DNA of 64,000 nucleotides from an uncultured Verrucomicrobiae bacterium (GTDB lineage: Bacteria; Verrucomicrobiota; Verrucomicrobiia; Chthoniobacterales; UBA10450). The position numbers and the translations under genes were made by a program. The stretch is taken from assembly GCA_963772365.1 (NCBI GenBank), contig CAVYXA010000003.1, forward strand, positions 128,001 through 192,000, written 5' to 3'. Below, in pieces: positions 48,603-60,542 of the stretch; positions within the stretch are counted from its first letter, which is position 1, and each line of letters begins with the position of its first letter. The notes beneath the pieces were generated by a model. It had not been told where the DNA came from, did not search any database, and worked only from the letters and a program-made list of their open reading frames with translations.

Positions 48603-51111
48603 TCAAAACTGATAGCCGACACTGAAGTTGAACTGGCCCTGCTTGCCGTTGCCGCGCTCTCTGGATCGGAATTCCGTAATCGAGCCGGAGGGGACCGATG
48701 GGCAAATCGAGCCGAAGACCGATGCCGAAATCCGAGGCAACATTCTCAAAAACCATAGTCGTTCTATGTGGATGCCCCGGCTGTTTTACGAGGCATGATC
48801 TCGAGTGTGGCGGCGTAAAATCCCAGGGATCGGCATTCACAAGTCCCGTGTCGTAGAAAATTGCTCCGCGCGTCTTGAGCACGAGAGGAAAAGTAAATTC
48901 ACGGTGAACCGCGACCATCGACTGACCGCCGAGCGGTTCTCCGAATCGATCTTTCGGGCTGACGTCGCGAAAATTGAAGCCCCGGAGATTATTAGAGCCG
49001 CCGAGAAAAAGTCGGTCGTAAATCGGTACGGCAGGCACAGTGGTAAAGATTTTAGATCCCGGAAGAAATCGGCGGCGGCGAGGGATTCGGCGCAGCTGAG
49101 GACAAGAACCGTCTTGTGGAATGGGCTGTTCCAGACGTCGACCCCTGCGGCCATTCGGCATTGAACAAGAGGATCAGGTCGCCCATGGGAAATGGAAATA
49201 TTGCGAACCCTCGATGTCCCAACCGTAAGTCTGTTCGTCCCCGCCGAGAAATCCGCCGGAGACCTAGGAGGAAACAGACGACCCGCTGACCGGTGCGGCT
49301 CAACAGACGGGTTGTCCCGCCGATCGAAAACCATGACTGCTCAGAACCGTGCTTTTTGATCAGTCGAACCTTTTTCCGCCAGAATTTCGCGGCGACGAGT
49401 CCGGCTGGACATTGAAAATATCGATCTTCTTCCAAACGATAACCTAGCGTGCCGTAAAGGAATGTGGCAAGCGGTTTGCGGATATCGAGTGCGAAACCAT
49501 AGTCGCGTTCCTCGTAAATCGAGCTCAGATAGTCCGCTTCATTAAAAAAGCCTGGCCGCCGACAGACAACCGGCGATCCAGGAAATAGGGTTCGGTGAGA
49601 GCCAGAAGGAAATCTTTTCGCTGGGTACCAAGCTGAATGCGGAGCCGGAATTTTTCCACCACCGGTGAGCGTCGGCCAATTGGTGATGTCGAAATTTCCC
49701 TGCGAAAGCTCGGTGAAACCGACGAATCCATCAATGGTGCTGAAGCCGCCGCCAAAGTCAGTGCCCCGGTGCGCTTTTCTTCCACTATGATGTCCAGGTC
49801 TTTGCGCCCAGGCGACTCCCGTATCTTCAGGGTAAGTTTCGACTTTGGCAAAGTAGCCAAGGTTCTCGAGACGCTTCTTGCTACGCCTCCACCCGCATCG
49901 GTATCAAAAACATCTCCCGGAGTAACCAGTATTTCCCGCCGGATCACTTTGTCTTTGGTGCGCGCGTTGCCCGTGATGTTGACCCGTTGAACAAACGAGC
50001 GATCGCCCTCCTGGATTTTGTAGTGAATGTCGATCCTGGCTCTCTCCTGCGGGGATGCTTTCCGGCATCGATCTCAGCGTCGACATAGCCACCGCCCCCG
50101 TAGCCATCGAGCAAAGTCCTTTGACATCATCGTGTAATTTTTGCGGTGAATATGGATCGCCCTCTTTCAGCTTGAGCCAGCGACGGATTTTTTGTTCGGT
50201 CGCCACCTTTCTCTCCTGAAACGGTGATCTTGCCGACGTCGGTATTGGATTCCTTCATTGATCGACGACAATGATCGATAATCGGCCCTTCATGCGCGTT
50301 CTTTGCGCACCTCTTTCACTTCCGCGTCGATGTAGCCGTGGTCTTGGTAAAACTCCCGAATCTTATCCAGGTCCTGCTGCAATTGGACTTCATCCAGCCG
50401 GCCCGATTTATCGATGAATGAAATGAGAGACTTGCCACGCGTTTTCATCTGCCTGCGCAGAACGCGATCGCTAAAATGCGCGTTGCCTTCGAAACGGATT
50501 CGGCGAACCGCACCTTTTTCGCCTTCGCTTATGGTAAATACGACGCGGGCCGTGCCCAGCTTCTCATTGATCGGCTCGACTTGAAACTGAACTGTCGCGT
50601 CATTGAAGCCGTGAGCTCGATAACTGTCGATGATCTTCTGGCGCGCTTTTTCCAGTTCCTCTTCGTTCGCCGGCTGGCCCAGTTTGAGCCCAATGTCTTT
50701 GCGAATCTTCTTGGCCTTGATGGCATGCGCGCCGTCCACCACGATCTCGCGGACGACCGACCGCGTCTGCACGTAAATGATCACGCCCACTCCGTTGTCT
50801 TGCGGGTGGGCCAGGAAACGGACATTCAAAATGGCGCCCGTCTTGTAAAGATTCTTGATGTCTTGCTCGACCACCTGATCCGAATACGGCTCACCGACTT
50901 TGGTCCGGATCTCCGATAAAATCCGCTCTTTCCCAATTGTCTCTGGACCGCTGTATTCCACGTTGATGGACTTGACGATCGGCGCAGCCGGCGGCGGAGG
51001 AGGAGGCGCCTGCAACTGAGCGCGCACAGTTTGCGCGCCAAAGATTGCGCAAATCAGCCCAAGGCAAATCGAACCAGCCCGGGCACGCGTCAACACGTGA
51101 GAGAGTCCCAT
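48603..51111 (-). CDS. bamA: outer-membrane assembly factor BamA (many indels)
   Basis: POTRA repeats, VIRREI...PGDVF, TEPYFLD, FLGGSNNLRGF, GIGLRLDLPIGPLRLDYG, terminal FNFSVGYQF. Confidence 0.9.
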
Positions 51112-51245
51112 AAATAAAGATGCCGAATCCCGCGCGGAGACCCGTCGCGGGATAGGCGGCTATTAGATGGAGAAGCGGGTCATCGTCAAGGCAGGAATTT
51201 CCGTCGCTCCGGGGAGTGTCGTCCATAGACAACCCCGGCAGGAAC

Positions 51246-52337
51246 TTAGTTCAAAAGGTCGTACCAATTATTTCGTCGTCGCGGTTCGTAGCCGGCTTCC
51301 CGGATGAGTGACTCGATCTGCGCGGCATCGAGCCGGAAAGTCGTACCGGCGCTGCTCACCACATTTTCCTCCATCATTACGGATCCAAAATCGTTGGCGC
51401 CGTACTTGAGCGCGATCTGCCCAATGCCCGGCCCCTGAGTCACCCATGAGCTTTGAATATTGTCGATGTTATCCAAAAAAATCCGGGCCAAAGCCTGGGT
51501 ACGAAGATACTCCGATACACCCGTGGGATGCTTCACTTTCAAGACCGTGTGCTGCGGTTGAAAGGTCCAGCAAATAAAAGCCGTGAACCCGCCAGTCTGG
51601 TCCTGTTGGTCGCGAATGCGCTGCAGATGTTCCACCCGCTCGTCGATCGTTTCGACATGACCAAACATCATAGTCGCACTCGATTTCAGGCCCAGCTCGT
51701 GCGCGACCCGCATCACTCCCAGCCATTGATTGCTATTGATTTTTAACGGCGCGATTTTCTTCCGGACGCGATCCACCAGAATTTCGCCGCCACCGCCCGG
51801 AATGGAGCCGAGGCCGGCGCTTCGAAATTCATTGATGACGTCACGCAACGGCATTTCGAAAGTCTCGGCAAAATGCTGAAACTCCGGCGGACTGAATCCG
51901 TGGATATTAATGTGCGGATATTTTTCTCGAATGTGCCGGAGCAGATTGATGTACCAATCGAACCCGAGTTTAGGATGATGCCCCCCTTGCATCAGGATTT
52001 GAACACCGCCGGCGGCGGAAAGTTCGTCTAATTTCTGATCGAGCTGCTCGAAGGAAAGCACGTAATGATCTTCGTCGCGTTCGGTGCGATAAAACGCGCA
52101 AAATTTGCAGTAAACATTGCAGACGTTCGTGTAATTGATGTTTCGATCGACAATGTAGGTGACGATCTGGTTTCCTTTCCCGGCATAAGACGAACTTTTC
52201 GCCTGTTGCCGTCGGGCATCGGCCAGCAGGCCGAGTTCTTCGAGCGGAAGCTGATAAAGCTGCAATGCTTCCTCCGCCGAAATCCTTTCTCCGGCGAGAA
52301 CTTTGTCGCTGACTGCATCTCGATTGAAAGCAACCAT
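51246..52337 (-). CDS. mqnC: cyclic dehypoxanthinyl futalosine synthase (radical SAM)
   Basis: RNINYTNVCNVYCKFCAF, SIPGGGGEIL, ATMMFGHVE, IQSSWVTQG, GANDFGSVMMEENVV. Confidence 0.88.
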   Translation of the reverse strand: MVAFNRDAVSDKVLAGERISAEEALQLYQLPLEELGLLADARRQQAKSSSYAGKGNQIVTYIVDRNINYTNVCNVYCKFCAFYRTERDEDHYVLSFEQLDQKLDELSAAGGVQILMQGGHHPKLGFDWYINLLRHIREKYPHINIHGFSPPEFQHFAETFEMPLRDVINEFRSAGLGSIPGGGGEILVDRVRKKIAPLKINSNQWLGVMRVAHELGLKSSATMMFGHVETIDERVEHLQRIRDQQDQTGGFTAFICWTFQPQHTVLKVKHPTGVSEYLRTQALARIFLDNIDNIQSSWVTQGPGIGQIALKYGANDFGSVMMEENVVSSAGTTFRLDAAQIESLIREAGYEPRRRNNWYDLLN

Positions 52338-52504
52338 GTCGCCTCAGTTTATACGACGTGGTGCGGCATTGCACGCCTCAAGGTGGATCGACTTCTCCGG
52401 AGGCGATGCTAAAACCAATCACCGAAGGCGCTAGTCGGGTCGGCGGGCAATCATCCGACCAAAAGCGGCGACATTTTATGGAGTTGGAGAATCCAAAAAG
52501 CATA

Positions 52505-53449
52505 ATGAGACGGAGAATCGCGGTGGTTGGTGCGGGCGTCTCGGGCCTCAGTTGCGCCGTTTCTTTTGCGGAGCGGGGAATTCGCACCACGATTTTTGCC
52601 GAGGAAAGTGGACAGCGAACAACCTCAGCTGTTGCCGCGGCGATCTGGTTTCCGTACGATGCCGAGCCCGCAGCGAAAGTAATTCCATGGGCGCTCGAAA
52701 CCTACAGAACGCTTGTCGATCTTGCGCGAGACGCGAGTAGCGGTGTTTCGATGATCGAGCTGCGCCAATTTTCGCGAAGTGCTCACATCGAGATTCCGGA
52801 TTGGGCGAGCAAGCTCGGCGCGCGCCGCGTTTCGCTCCTCCCGCAGTTTCCGGACGGACTCGCCATTAATGTTCCGCTGATGGATACCACAATTTATCTC
52901 GACTATCTCGCGCGCCGGTTTTCCGCAGCCGGAGGCGCAATTCATTCCGGCGTGCGTTTGGAGCAGTTGGGGGATATCGATCTTGCATTCGATCTAATCA
53001 TTAATTGTGCGGGAGTGGGCGCGCGTAAGTTGGTCGGCGATGTCGATGTTGAGCCGCACCGCGGCCAGGTGGTGATCGTGCCCAAGATCGACAAGTTATC
53101 GTGCGCGATTGCCTGTGATGAGGCGCCGCTCTTTTACGCCATTCCGCGCAAGAAGGATTGTGTGCTGGGCGGAACAAATGATCTGAGTGATGATCTGGAC
53201 GTTGATCCTCAAGCCACGGCTCATATTCTTGCCGAGATGAGCCGCGCGCTGAATCTTGGCGAACCGAAAATTCTTGCGGAGCGAGTTGGCCTTCGCCCAT
53301 TTCGGCGCACGGGCGTTCGTTTGGAATCGGATCGTTTGCAGGACGATCGCGCCGTGATTCACAATTATGGGCATGGTGGGTCTGGCTTCACTCTTTCCTG
53401 GGGATGCGCGAAAAAAGTTCTCGAACTCGCGAAAGCGATTCTGGGTTGA
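52505..53449 (+). CDS. D-amino acid oxidase family FAD oxidoreductase
   Basis: VVGAGVSG, TTSAVAAAIW, INCAGVGA, RGQV, GLRP, HNYGHGGSGFTLSWGCA. Confidence 0.85.
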   Translation: MRRRIAVVGAGVSGLSCAVSFAERGIRTTIFAEESGQRTTSAVAAAIWFPYDAEPAAKVIPWALETYRTLVDLARDASSGVSMIELRQFSRSAHIEIPDWASKLGARRVSLLPQFPDGLAINVPLMDTTIYLDYLARRFSAAGGAIHSGVRLEQLGDIDLAFDLIINCAGVGARKLVGDVDVEPHRGQVVIVPKIDKLSCAIACDEAPLFYAIPRKKDCVLGGTNDLSDDLDVDPQATAHILAEMSRALNLGEPKILAERVGLRPFRRTGVRLESDRLQDDRAVIHNYGHGGSGFTLSWGCAKKVLELAKAILG

Positions 53450-53482
53450 GCATTGAAGGTTGGGCGTTGAGCGTTGAACGTT
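53447..53482. repeat. heptamer tandem repeat (TGAGCGT)-like x5
   Basis: tgagcat tgaaggt tgggcgt tgagcgt tgaacgt. Confidence 0.65.
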
Positions 53483-53487
53483 TGCCG

Positions 53488-54576
53488 ATGGAAACGGAAA
53501 CGCCGGCCGGGCCTGATCCGGCGCGCCCGGCGGTCGCGCCCTACCAACTCGGTTATCGAATGCCGGCGGAATGGGAACCGCACGCGGCGACCTGGCTTTC
53601 CTGGCCGCGCCGGGAAGGGATCAGTTTTCCCGAATCGTTTGATCGCGTCCTGCCCACGTTGCGCGCGATGGTGGAAGCGCTGGTCGAGAGCGAACCCGTC
53701 TGCATTAATGTTTGCAACGGCGCGCACGAAGCGGAAGCGCGGAACGTCTTGAAAGATGTCGATCTTGGGCGTGTCACTTTTTATCGGATACCAACCAACG
53801 AGCCGTGGTGCCGCGATCACGGTCCGATTTTTTTGACGCGCGATGCGAAGCCGAAGTTCGCCACCGGACGGATTCGCCGCGGCGAACTGGCGATTGTCGA
53901 TTGGGATTACAACGCCTGGGGGAATAAATATCCGCCATTCGATTTGGATGAGGTCGTGCCCACGCGCGTAGCCGAAATTTTGAAGGTGCCAGTATTTTAT
54001 CCGCAGATGATTCTGGAAGGCGGTTCGATCGACGTGAACGGTGCCGGCGCGCTGCTGACGAGCGAATCGTGTCTGCTAAATAAAAATCGAAACCCGAGAC
54101 TCTCGCGAGAAGAAATCGAACAACGGCTGCGGGAGTTTCTCGGCGTTCGCGATATTCTGTGGCTGGGCGACGGAATTGCCGGCGACGACACAGATGGCCA
54201 CATCGACGACCTGGCTCGCTTTGTTTCCGAAACGAGAGTCGTGACCGTGGTCGAAGAAAATCGAGATGACGAAAACTTCGAGCCGCTTCAGGAAAACCTT
54301 AGCCGCCTGAGCGGATTCGGACTCGAGATCGTGACATTGCCGATGCCGAAAAAGATTGTGCGGGAAGGTCTGCGGCTGCCAGCCAGCTACGCAAACTTCT
54401 ACATTAGCAATGGATGCGTACTGGTACCGACTTTCGCGGATCCTGCCGATGAATCGGCGTTGTCGATCCTGCGCGATCTCTTTCCAGATCGCCGCATCAT
54501 TGGGATCGATTGCCGCGAACTGATCTGGGGCCTGGGCACATTTCACTGTCTCACCCAGCAACAACCCGCCGTTTAG
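53488..54576 (+). CDS. agmatine deiminase family protein
   Basis: MPAEWEPH, WCRDHGP, LEGGSI, DDTDGHIDD, ASYANF, GTFHCLTQQQP. Confidence 0.9.
   Translation: METETPAGPDPARPAVAPYQLGYRMPAEWEPHAATWLSWPRREGISFPESFDRVLPTLRAMVEALVESEPVCINVCNGAHEAEARNVLKDVDLGRVTFYRIPTNEPWCRDHGPIFLTRDAKPKFATGRIRRGELAIVDWDYNAWGNKYPPFDLDEVVPTRVAEILKVPVFYPQMILEGGSIDVNGAGALLTSESCLLNKNRNPRLSREEIEQRLREFLGVRDILWLGDGIAGDDTDGHIDDLARFVSETRVVTVVEENRDDENFEPLQENLSRLSGFGLEIVTLPMPKKIVREGLRLPASYANFYISNGCVLVPTFADPADESALSILRDLFPDRRIIGIDCRELIWGLGTFHCLTQQQPAV
53857..53886 (+). repeat. 30-nt micro-element A, in frame in agmatine deiminase
   Basis: ttcgccaccggacggattcgccgcggcgaa encodes FATGRIRRGE; 26/30 identical to 27901-27930. Confidence 0.8.
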
Positions 54577-54741
54577 GGGCGCAAGTTGCAAACTCGCGCC
54601 ATCAAACAGTGAACGTCCAGCCTTGAGCGTTTTGTGCGCTACTTAGACGCCAGTTTCGTGAACTGCTCTACTCGAATTCGAAACGTGTGCTTACCTTTTG
54701 GGTTTGCACCGCTTGCTCTTTCAGACTCGCAGTCAGAATCG

Positions 54742-55782
54742 TTATAGCCTGGCAAAAAATTCCGACAATTGGCTGCGAATGGATTGAAAAGAAAACCTTT
54801 CCATCGCCCGCCACTGCGCTTCGATGATGAGGGTAGCGCGGGAACCTGTGTCGGCCAATAATCCGGCGGCGATTTTAGTCAGGTCATTTATGCTTCGACC
54901 TTCGCCGCAGGTTTTTGCGAAAGCGATCCGTTCGACCGTGCCATCACCGCCCACGCACATTGTCCGGGCAAGAAGAGCGTCGCCTGCCACCTGGCCCGGC
55001 ACACGGCTTCGGTCCAGTTGAAGAACGATCTTGTGTCGCGCCATTTGCCGCAGGTAATCGGCGTAGGGCTTTTTCTCCTCGACGACATGCAGTTTACCGG
55101 CAGGAAATTTGAGTTCCGCCAGCATTCGCCGGCCTTTCCACCGGTCCAGATTGACTACTGTCACCCCTTCTCCAGTTGCATCGCAGAGCTGTCGGGCCAT
55201 GAGCAACGCGGCAAGATGATTTCGCGATGGAACATTCCATTCCCGGGTGCCGACGAAAATACCGGTCTGATCGTTAGGCGGGATCGACATATCCCATTGT
55301 CGATCTTCCAACGGATAGGGAGTTGGAATAAAGGCCACGGTCGTCGGGTCACGTTTCAAGCGCACCCGCCAGTAAATCTCCGCGGCATCGGCTGTAGTGG
55401 CGATGCAACCATTCGCTTCGTCCACGATTCTCATGAATCGCGCCAGTCTGGTCCGATTGGACATTTGGCGCGCGATCTGGTGGAGCCCCGTCTCCTTGAG
55501 AGAAACGACAACTTTAAATTCATGCTTCCTCAATTCCCGGAAAGCGCGCTCCGAAGTGCGAAAATCGCCGCGCAACAACAGCAAGACAGGCAGGCCTTCA
55601 GCGAGCGTCCGTTGAACATCGCGATGGAAAAAACCGCGGGTGCAGGCGGCAAAGCCATGGAAATTCACGGGCGGGTGCGCCGAATCAACCGGCCCGGTTT
55701 CTTCGCGAAAATCCTGGTCCGGATCGCGGCCACCGGGATTTAAAACGCTTAACCGAAATTCATCTGTCTGAACAGACGTCAT
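54742..55782 (-). CDS. hypothetical protein, possibly glycosyltransferase-like
   Basis: 346-aa ORF; ..VPGQVAGDALLA.T.CVG resembles a GT-B nucleotide-binding segment. Confidence 0.55.
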   Translation of the reverse strand: MTSVQTDEFRLSVLNPGGRDPDQDFREETGPVDSAHPPVNFHGFAACTRGFFHRDVQRTLAEGLPVLLLLRGDFRTSERAFRELRKHEFKVVVSLKETGLHQIARQMSNRTRLARFMRIVDEANGCIATTADAAEIYWRVRLKRDPTTVAFIPTPYPLEDRQWDMSIPPNDQTGIFVGTREWNVPSRNHLAALLMARQLCDATGEGVTVVNLDRWKGRRMLAELKFPAGKLHVVEEKKPYADYLRQMARHKIVLQLDRSRVPGQVAGDALLARTMCVGGDGTVERIAFAKTCGEGRSINDLTKIAAGLLADTGSRATLIIEAQWRAMERFSFQSIRSQLSEFFARL

Positions 55783-55785
55783 TAG

Positions 55786-58354
55786 TTAGTCGCCGAAATT
55801 GCCATCGCCGGGAGACGGAGTCTGGTTTTTCAAGAGCGTATTATCGAGATCTTCATCCAGCGGTCGCACCGGCATGGCTTTGCGAATCTCCGCCGGCGTT
55901 TCCTCCGCTGGTTCGACCGGCTGCGCTTTGGGAATGACCTCCGTGCCGGCGTTTTCGTTGTTGTCGATCTTCTCTTCGGTCGGAGTTTCTACCGGGATCG
56001 CCGGCTCGATCGGATGCTCAGTCTCGGGTGGAGGAGTTGGTGCCCTAACAGAATTGTAAGGATCTTTGGCGGCGAGAAGATCGGGCGTCTTGATGATCAC
56101 AGGCTGCACCTCGCTCAGATCGACGGCCAATTGCGCGCGAGGCAAGTCGGTCTCTGGCAAATCGTGGACCAAACGAATACGCGGTTCGCCATGGACGTTG
56201 CAGGGCTCCGTTGGCAGTTGCGAAGCCGTCCCGATCTCCATGTAAGTGCAACGCCGCTGCACTACGCCATGGGGCGTGTTGACGCTGTCGTAACATTTGT
56301 CGGTGGCGAGTAAACCGGAACGCGCGCAGATCTCCGCGCGCTTCAGGTCCGCCGGCTTCTGAATTTCCTTCGGCGGATAATGCGCCGCCGCCGCGTTCAT
56401 GATGTCCACCCAGACTGGCAACGCGATTTCACGACCGAAAGCGCCGCGATAGATCTTTTGCGGTTTGTCGAATCCGGCCCAGACGGCGCAGGTGAGATTG
56501 CTGTCGTAGCCGGCGAAAAGCGCGTCGGTGAAGTCGTAGGCGGTGCCGGTCTTGCCTGCTGTCGGGAATTTTTTCAAACCAAATTCTGTGCGCGCGGATT
56601 TGCCGGTCCCGTAGTTGAGAGCATCGACAAGACAGGAGTGAACCTCGTAGGCTGTTTCGGGTTTGACTACGTTGCGTCGGTGTCGCTCCTGGTTGGACTG
56701 CCAGACCACCATTCCGTCTTTTTCCTCGATCCGCTCCAGAATGTGCAACTCCTGCGGTCGCCAGCCACCGTTGGGAAAAATCGTGTAGGCCAATGCCAGC
56801 TCGGCCAGAGTGATCTCGCTGGTGCCGAGAAACGTGGCCGGATACGGCCTGAGATTGGAATGGACCCCGGCCGATCGACAAAGTTGCAATACCGGATCGA
56901 TACCAACGTTCATGCCGATGCGGATGGTGGCGCCATCTTTGGATTTGGCCAGCGCTTCGCGCGCCGGGATCGCGCCTTCGTAACGATTGTCCGGGTTTTC
57001 CGGGCCCCATTCTCCCAGGATGCCGGTCGTACCGCCGATCATGACCGCGCGATTATCCAGCGGCGAATCTTCCACTACCGTACCCGGATACATTCCGTTT
57101 TCGAAAGCTGCCGCGTAAACGAACGGCAGCATCGCCGTGCCGACCGGGCGCTTTGCCTGCAGAGCGCGATCATATTGATTATGCTCGAAGTCGCGCCCTC
57201 CAATCAGGTACTCGAATCCCGCCCGTTTCATTATCGATTCCGATGACTGCGCCCTGCAAATATTCCGGGGCTGGAGGTTTGCCGTTGCTGTTTGTTGTTT
57301 CCTTCCGAAGATTCGCGGCGAACTGCGCATAGGTCTGGTGATCATAGCCGGGATGTTGCTCGGCCCGGTCCAGACTGCGGCGCAACGATTCTTCGGCGAC
57401 TTTCTGTAAATCGGCATCCAGTGTGGTGTGAATGCGAAAGCCTTCGTTCATCGCCCGGTCCCATCCGACAGCGTCGATCACTTTCTGCCGAATATAATCG
57501 ACTGCGTAATTTTGCCCCTGCGCGTCCTGCCGGTCGCCCACAACGATCTTCTCGGCCCTGGCGTTGGCCCAACGATTTTGATCGATAAATTCGAGATCGC
57601 GCATCCTGTTCAGTACATAATTGCGCGCGTCACGCGACGCGGTGAGATCCGTCCACGGGGATAATCGATTGGGACTCTTGATCAAACCGGCCAATGTGGC
57701 GCATTCCGCGAGCGTCAGATCCTTGGCGTGTTTATTGAAATATCCCCGCGCGGCCGCTTCCGCGCCGTACAAACCGCCGCCGAAATAAATTCGATTGAGA
57801 TACAGCTCCATGATTTTTTGTTTGCCGAAACGGTCCTCGATCCGGCGGGCGAGAAAAATCTCGAGCAGCTTGCGGTGAAAAGTCCTTTGCTTGAGCGAAA
57901 AAGTATTGCGTGCCAGTTGCTGTGTGATCGTGCTGGCTCCCTGACGGACATGTCCGGCCACAAGGTTTTTTAACGTGGCCCGCGCGATCCCGAATAAATC
58001 GTAACCATGATGCCGGTAAAATTTTGAGTCCTCAACGGCGACCACGGCATTGACCAAATCGCGCGGCAACTGCTCGTAGGGAACCGTTTCGCGGTTCTCG
58101 ACATAAATCTGGCCAAAAATTTTGTTGTTACGATCGACAATTACGCTGGCCGACTCCATCTGATCGAGTTTGCTTAGATCATAAGTCTCAGCTTCTGCGC
58201 TGAGTTTGGCCGCGAGCAGAAGACCGTAAACCAGTGCCCCGCAGCCGAGCAGGATGACAATCGCAGCCGAAATATAAAATAGCGGCTTGCGATACCACGG
58301 CGTCCGGAAACGATAACCGGGTGGCGGCATCAGATGTGGGCTGGAGGTTCTCAC
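55786..58354 (-). CDS. class A penicillin-binding protein (one frameshift near 57210)
   Basis: EDSKFY.H.G, GASTITQQLA, RKLLE, YLNRIYFG, transpeptidase-like domain with AGKTGT. Confidence 0.88.
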
Positions 58355-58430
58355 TGTCGATGTAGATTAGATTGGTCTAAGCGGCGCAACTTAGGTTGCT
58401 GCTTCAACGATTCAACGATTTACCGTTTCT

Positions 58431-59495
58431 ATGCCAACAGGCAACGAGGCCTTAATCGAAATTATTCGCCAAACGATTCGTTCACACGGGCCGCAATCGT
58501 TCGACTGGTTCATGCAACAGGCCCTTTATCATCCCGAGCATGGATATTATGCCAGCGGACGCGCCCGTATCGGACGAAAGGGCGACTACTTCACAAACGT
58601 CAGCGTCGGTCCGTTATTCGGCAAATTGTTAGCCGCGCAATTCAAGGAAATCTGGGAACAGCTCGGGAGGATCGACCCGCCTTCCCAAAGCTCCGGCGCG
58701 GCTGGCAATTTCCTGATCGTCGAGCAAGGCGCTCATGATGGCCAGTTCGCCTGCGACGTTCTTGGGGCGATCCAGGAACACACACCCAAATTTTTTGCCG
58801 CGTTGCGTTATCGAATCATCGAGCCGTTTGCGGTGTGGAAGGATCGACAACGGCAAAACCTCGGCCCGTTTCGTGACAAGGTGGAATGGCGCGATGCTCT
58901 CGAGCCTTTTACTGGCATCCATTTCTCGAACGAACTCCTCGACGCCATGCCGGTCCGATTATTTGAAAATGGAATGGAGAAATTTATCGATATTCGGAAC
59001 GGTGAGTTTGTGTTGTTGACTCGCGAATCGAAAAGTCGGCGCCCGTTTAATCAGGCAGCGCTCGATTGGATCGACAATGTAGCGGCGAAGTTGCAGCGCG
59101 GTTACATCCTCACAATCGATTACGGACGCGAGTGTTCCGAGCCGCCCCGCGATGTCCAGGTTCGGGCGCAACATCGACATCTGGATTCGCCATTGGAACA
59201 AATCGGCGAGGCAGATATTACCGCGCCGGTGGATTGGACTGGCATTATCAGTCGGGCCAGCCAGGCGGGTCTGGATTTGGCCGGATTCACGGACCAACAT
59301 CATTTCCTTACCGGGATCCTTTCGACCTGGCCCGATCTCCTCGCCCGAGTGAATCCAAAGATGAGCCGTGAGCTGAAAACGTTGCTTCATCCGGAGATGC
59401 TGGGGCGCAGTTTCCATGTGCTGGCATTATCAAAGAATGTGAATCGTGGCCTGCCATTAGCTGGTTTTCAGTTGGCCGGAACGCTTTCCCGGTAA
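58431..59495 (+). CDS. MidA/NDUFAF7-like SAM-dependent methyltransferase
   Basis: FMQQALYHP..GYY, GDYFT, IVEQGAHDG, SNELLDAMP, IDYG, DITAPVD. Confidence 0.85.
   Translation: MPTGNEALIEIIRQTIRSHGPQSFDWFMQQALYHPEHGYYASGRARIGRKGDYFTNVSVGPLFGKLLAAQFKEIWEQLGRIDPPSQSSGAAGNFLIVEQGAHDGQFACDVLGAIQEHTPKFFAALRYRIIEPFAVWKDRQRQNLGPFRDKVEWRDALEPFTGIHFSNELLDAMPVRLFENGMEKFIDIRNGEFVLLTRESKSRRPFNQAALDWIDNVAAKLQRGYILTIDYGRECSEPPRDVQVRAQHRHLDSPLEQIGEADITAPVDWTGIISRASQAGLDLAGFTDQHHFLTGILSTWPDLLARVNPKMSRELKTLLHPEMLGRSFHVLALSKNVNRGLPLAGFQLAGTLSR
58677..58706 (+). repeat. 30-nt micro-element B, in frame in the methyltransferase
   Basis: gatcgac|ccgccttcccaaagctccggcgcggctggc|aat encodes PPSQSSGAAG. Confidence 0.8.
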
Positions 59496-59568
59496 TTTTC
59501 CGTTTGCAATGATGAACAATGGAGATTCTTGTCTCGCTGGTTCGCAGCTGGGATTTTTCATTTCCGGG

Positions 59569-60387
59569 ATGAAACGTTTTCTCTTTCGCATTCCTTTTTT
59601 ATTTGTCGTCTTTCCCGCGTATTGCTTTGGCCTCAACGGCGTGGTGAATATGTCGCACTACGACACGATGCGGGCCGATTTTGCGCGGATGAAAGCGGAA
59701 GGCATTATCGGAGTCATTCATGAGGCGAGTTATCCGCGATACGAGCGGGACGCCTATTATGCGGCCAGACAGAATGCTGCGACGCGAGCCGGATTACTGT
59801 GGGGCGCCTATCATTACGGTAACGGGAACGATCCGATTCGGCAGGCAGATCACTTCCTGCAAATTGTCTCAAGCGCGTGGGAACGGTCTGACCCGGCTGG
59901 TCAGCCGGACGGCATCCTGTTAGTGTTGGATTTCGAAAAGAACGGGCATTATCCAGGTCGCAGCATGCGGCTCGACCAAGCCGTTGCTTTTGTGGAGAGA
60001 ATTCGGGAACGCACCGGGAAATATCCCGGAATTTACTCGGGCGAATATCATCTACGACAGGTGCTGAAAAGCCCGAGGATCAGCGGAAGCCAAAAGCGAG
60101 TGCTGACGAATTGCTGGTTGTGGCTTGCGAATTATGGCGCAAGACCGGAACCGACTTTGCCGTGGACTCGCTGGCATCTCTGGCAGTATTGCGGCGATGG
60201 GATCTGCCGATTGCCTCGTCGATCCTATCCCAAAAGTGTGGCTAACATCATCAAAGCCGAGCGAAATATTTTTTCTGGAAGCCGCACAGAACTGGAAGCG
60301 TTTTGGCATGACCATGCTTGGCAGCCAGGGGCAGGAACTCCGCGACGCAACGCCGAATCCGTAATGACATTAACTGCCGAGCGATGA
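59569..60387 (+). CDS. glycoside hydrolase family 25 (lysozyme-like)
   Basis: Signal peptide, GAYHY, LVLDFE, PGIYS, LWLANY, LWQY. Confidence 0.8.
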   Translation: MKRFLFRIPFLFVVFPAYCFGLNGVVNMSHYDTMRADFARMKAEGIIGVIHEASYPRYERDAYYAARQNAATRAGLLWGAYHYGNGNDPIRQADHFLQIVSSAWERSDPAGQPDGILLVLDFEKNGHYPGRSMRLDQAVAFVERIRERTGKYPGIYSGEYHLRQVLKSPRISGSQKRVLTNCWLWLANYGARPEPTLPWTRWHLWQYCGDGICRLPRRSYPKSVANIIKAERNIFSGSRTELEAFWHDHAWQPGAGTPRRNAESVMTLTAER

Positions 60388-60542
60388 TTCGAGCGGCGGA
60401 ATCCGGGTTATTCTGGTGCGCCGTCAGATCACAACGACTCGCGAGCGCAAAATTTCTCGACAATTAACGGAAATTCGGCTAAGCCACATGCCGATAATGC
60501 GCTCTTAGATTCACACGGGAGCGCTTAACAAAATCCGCCTCT

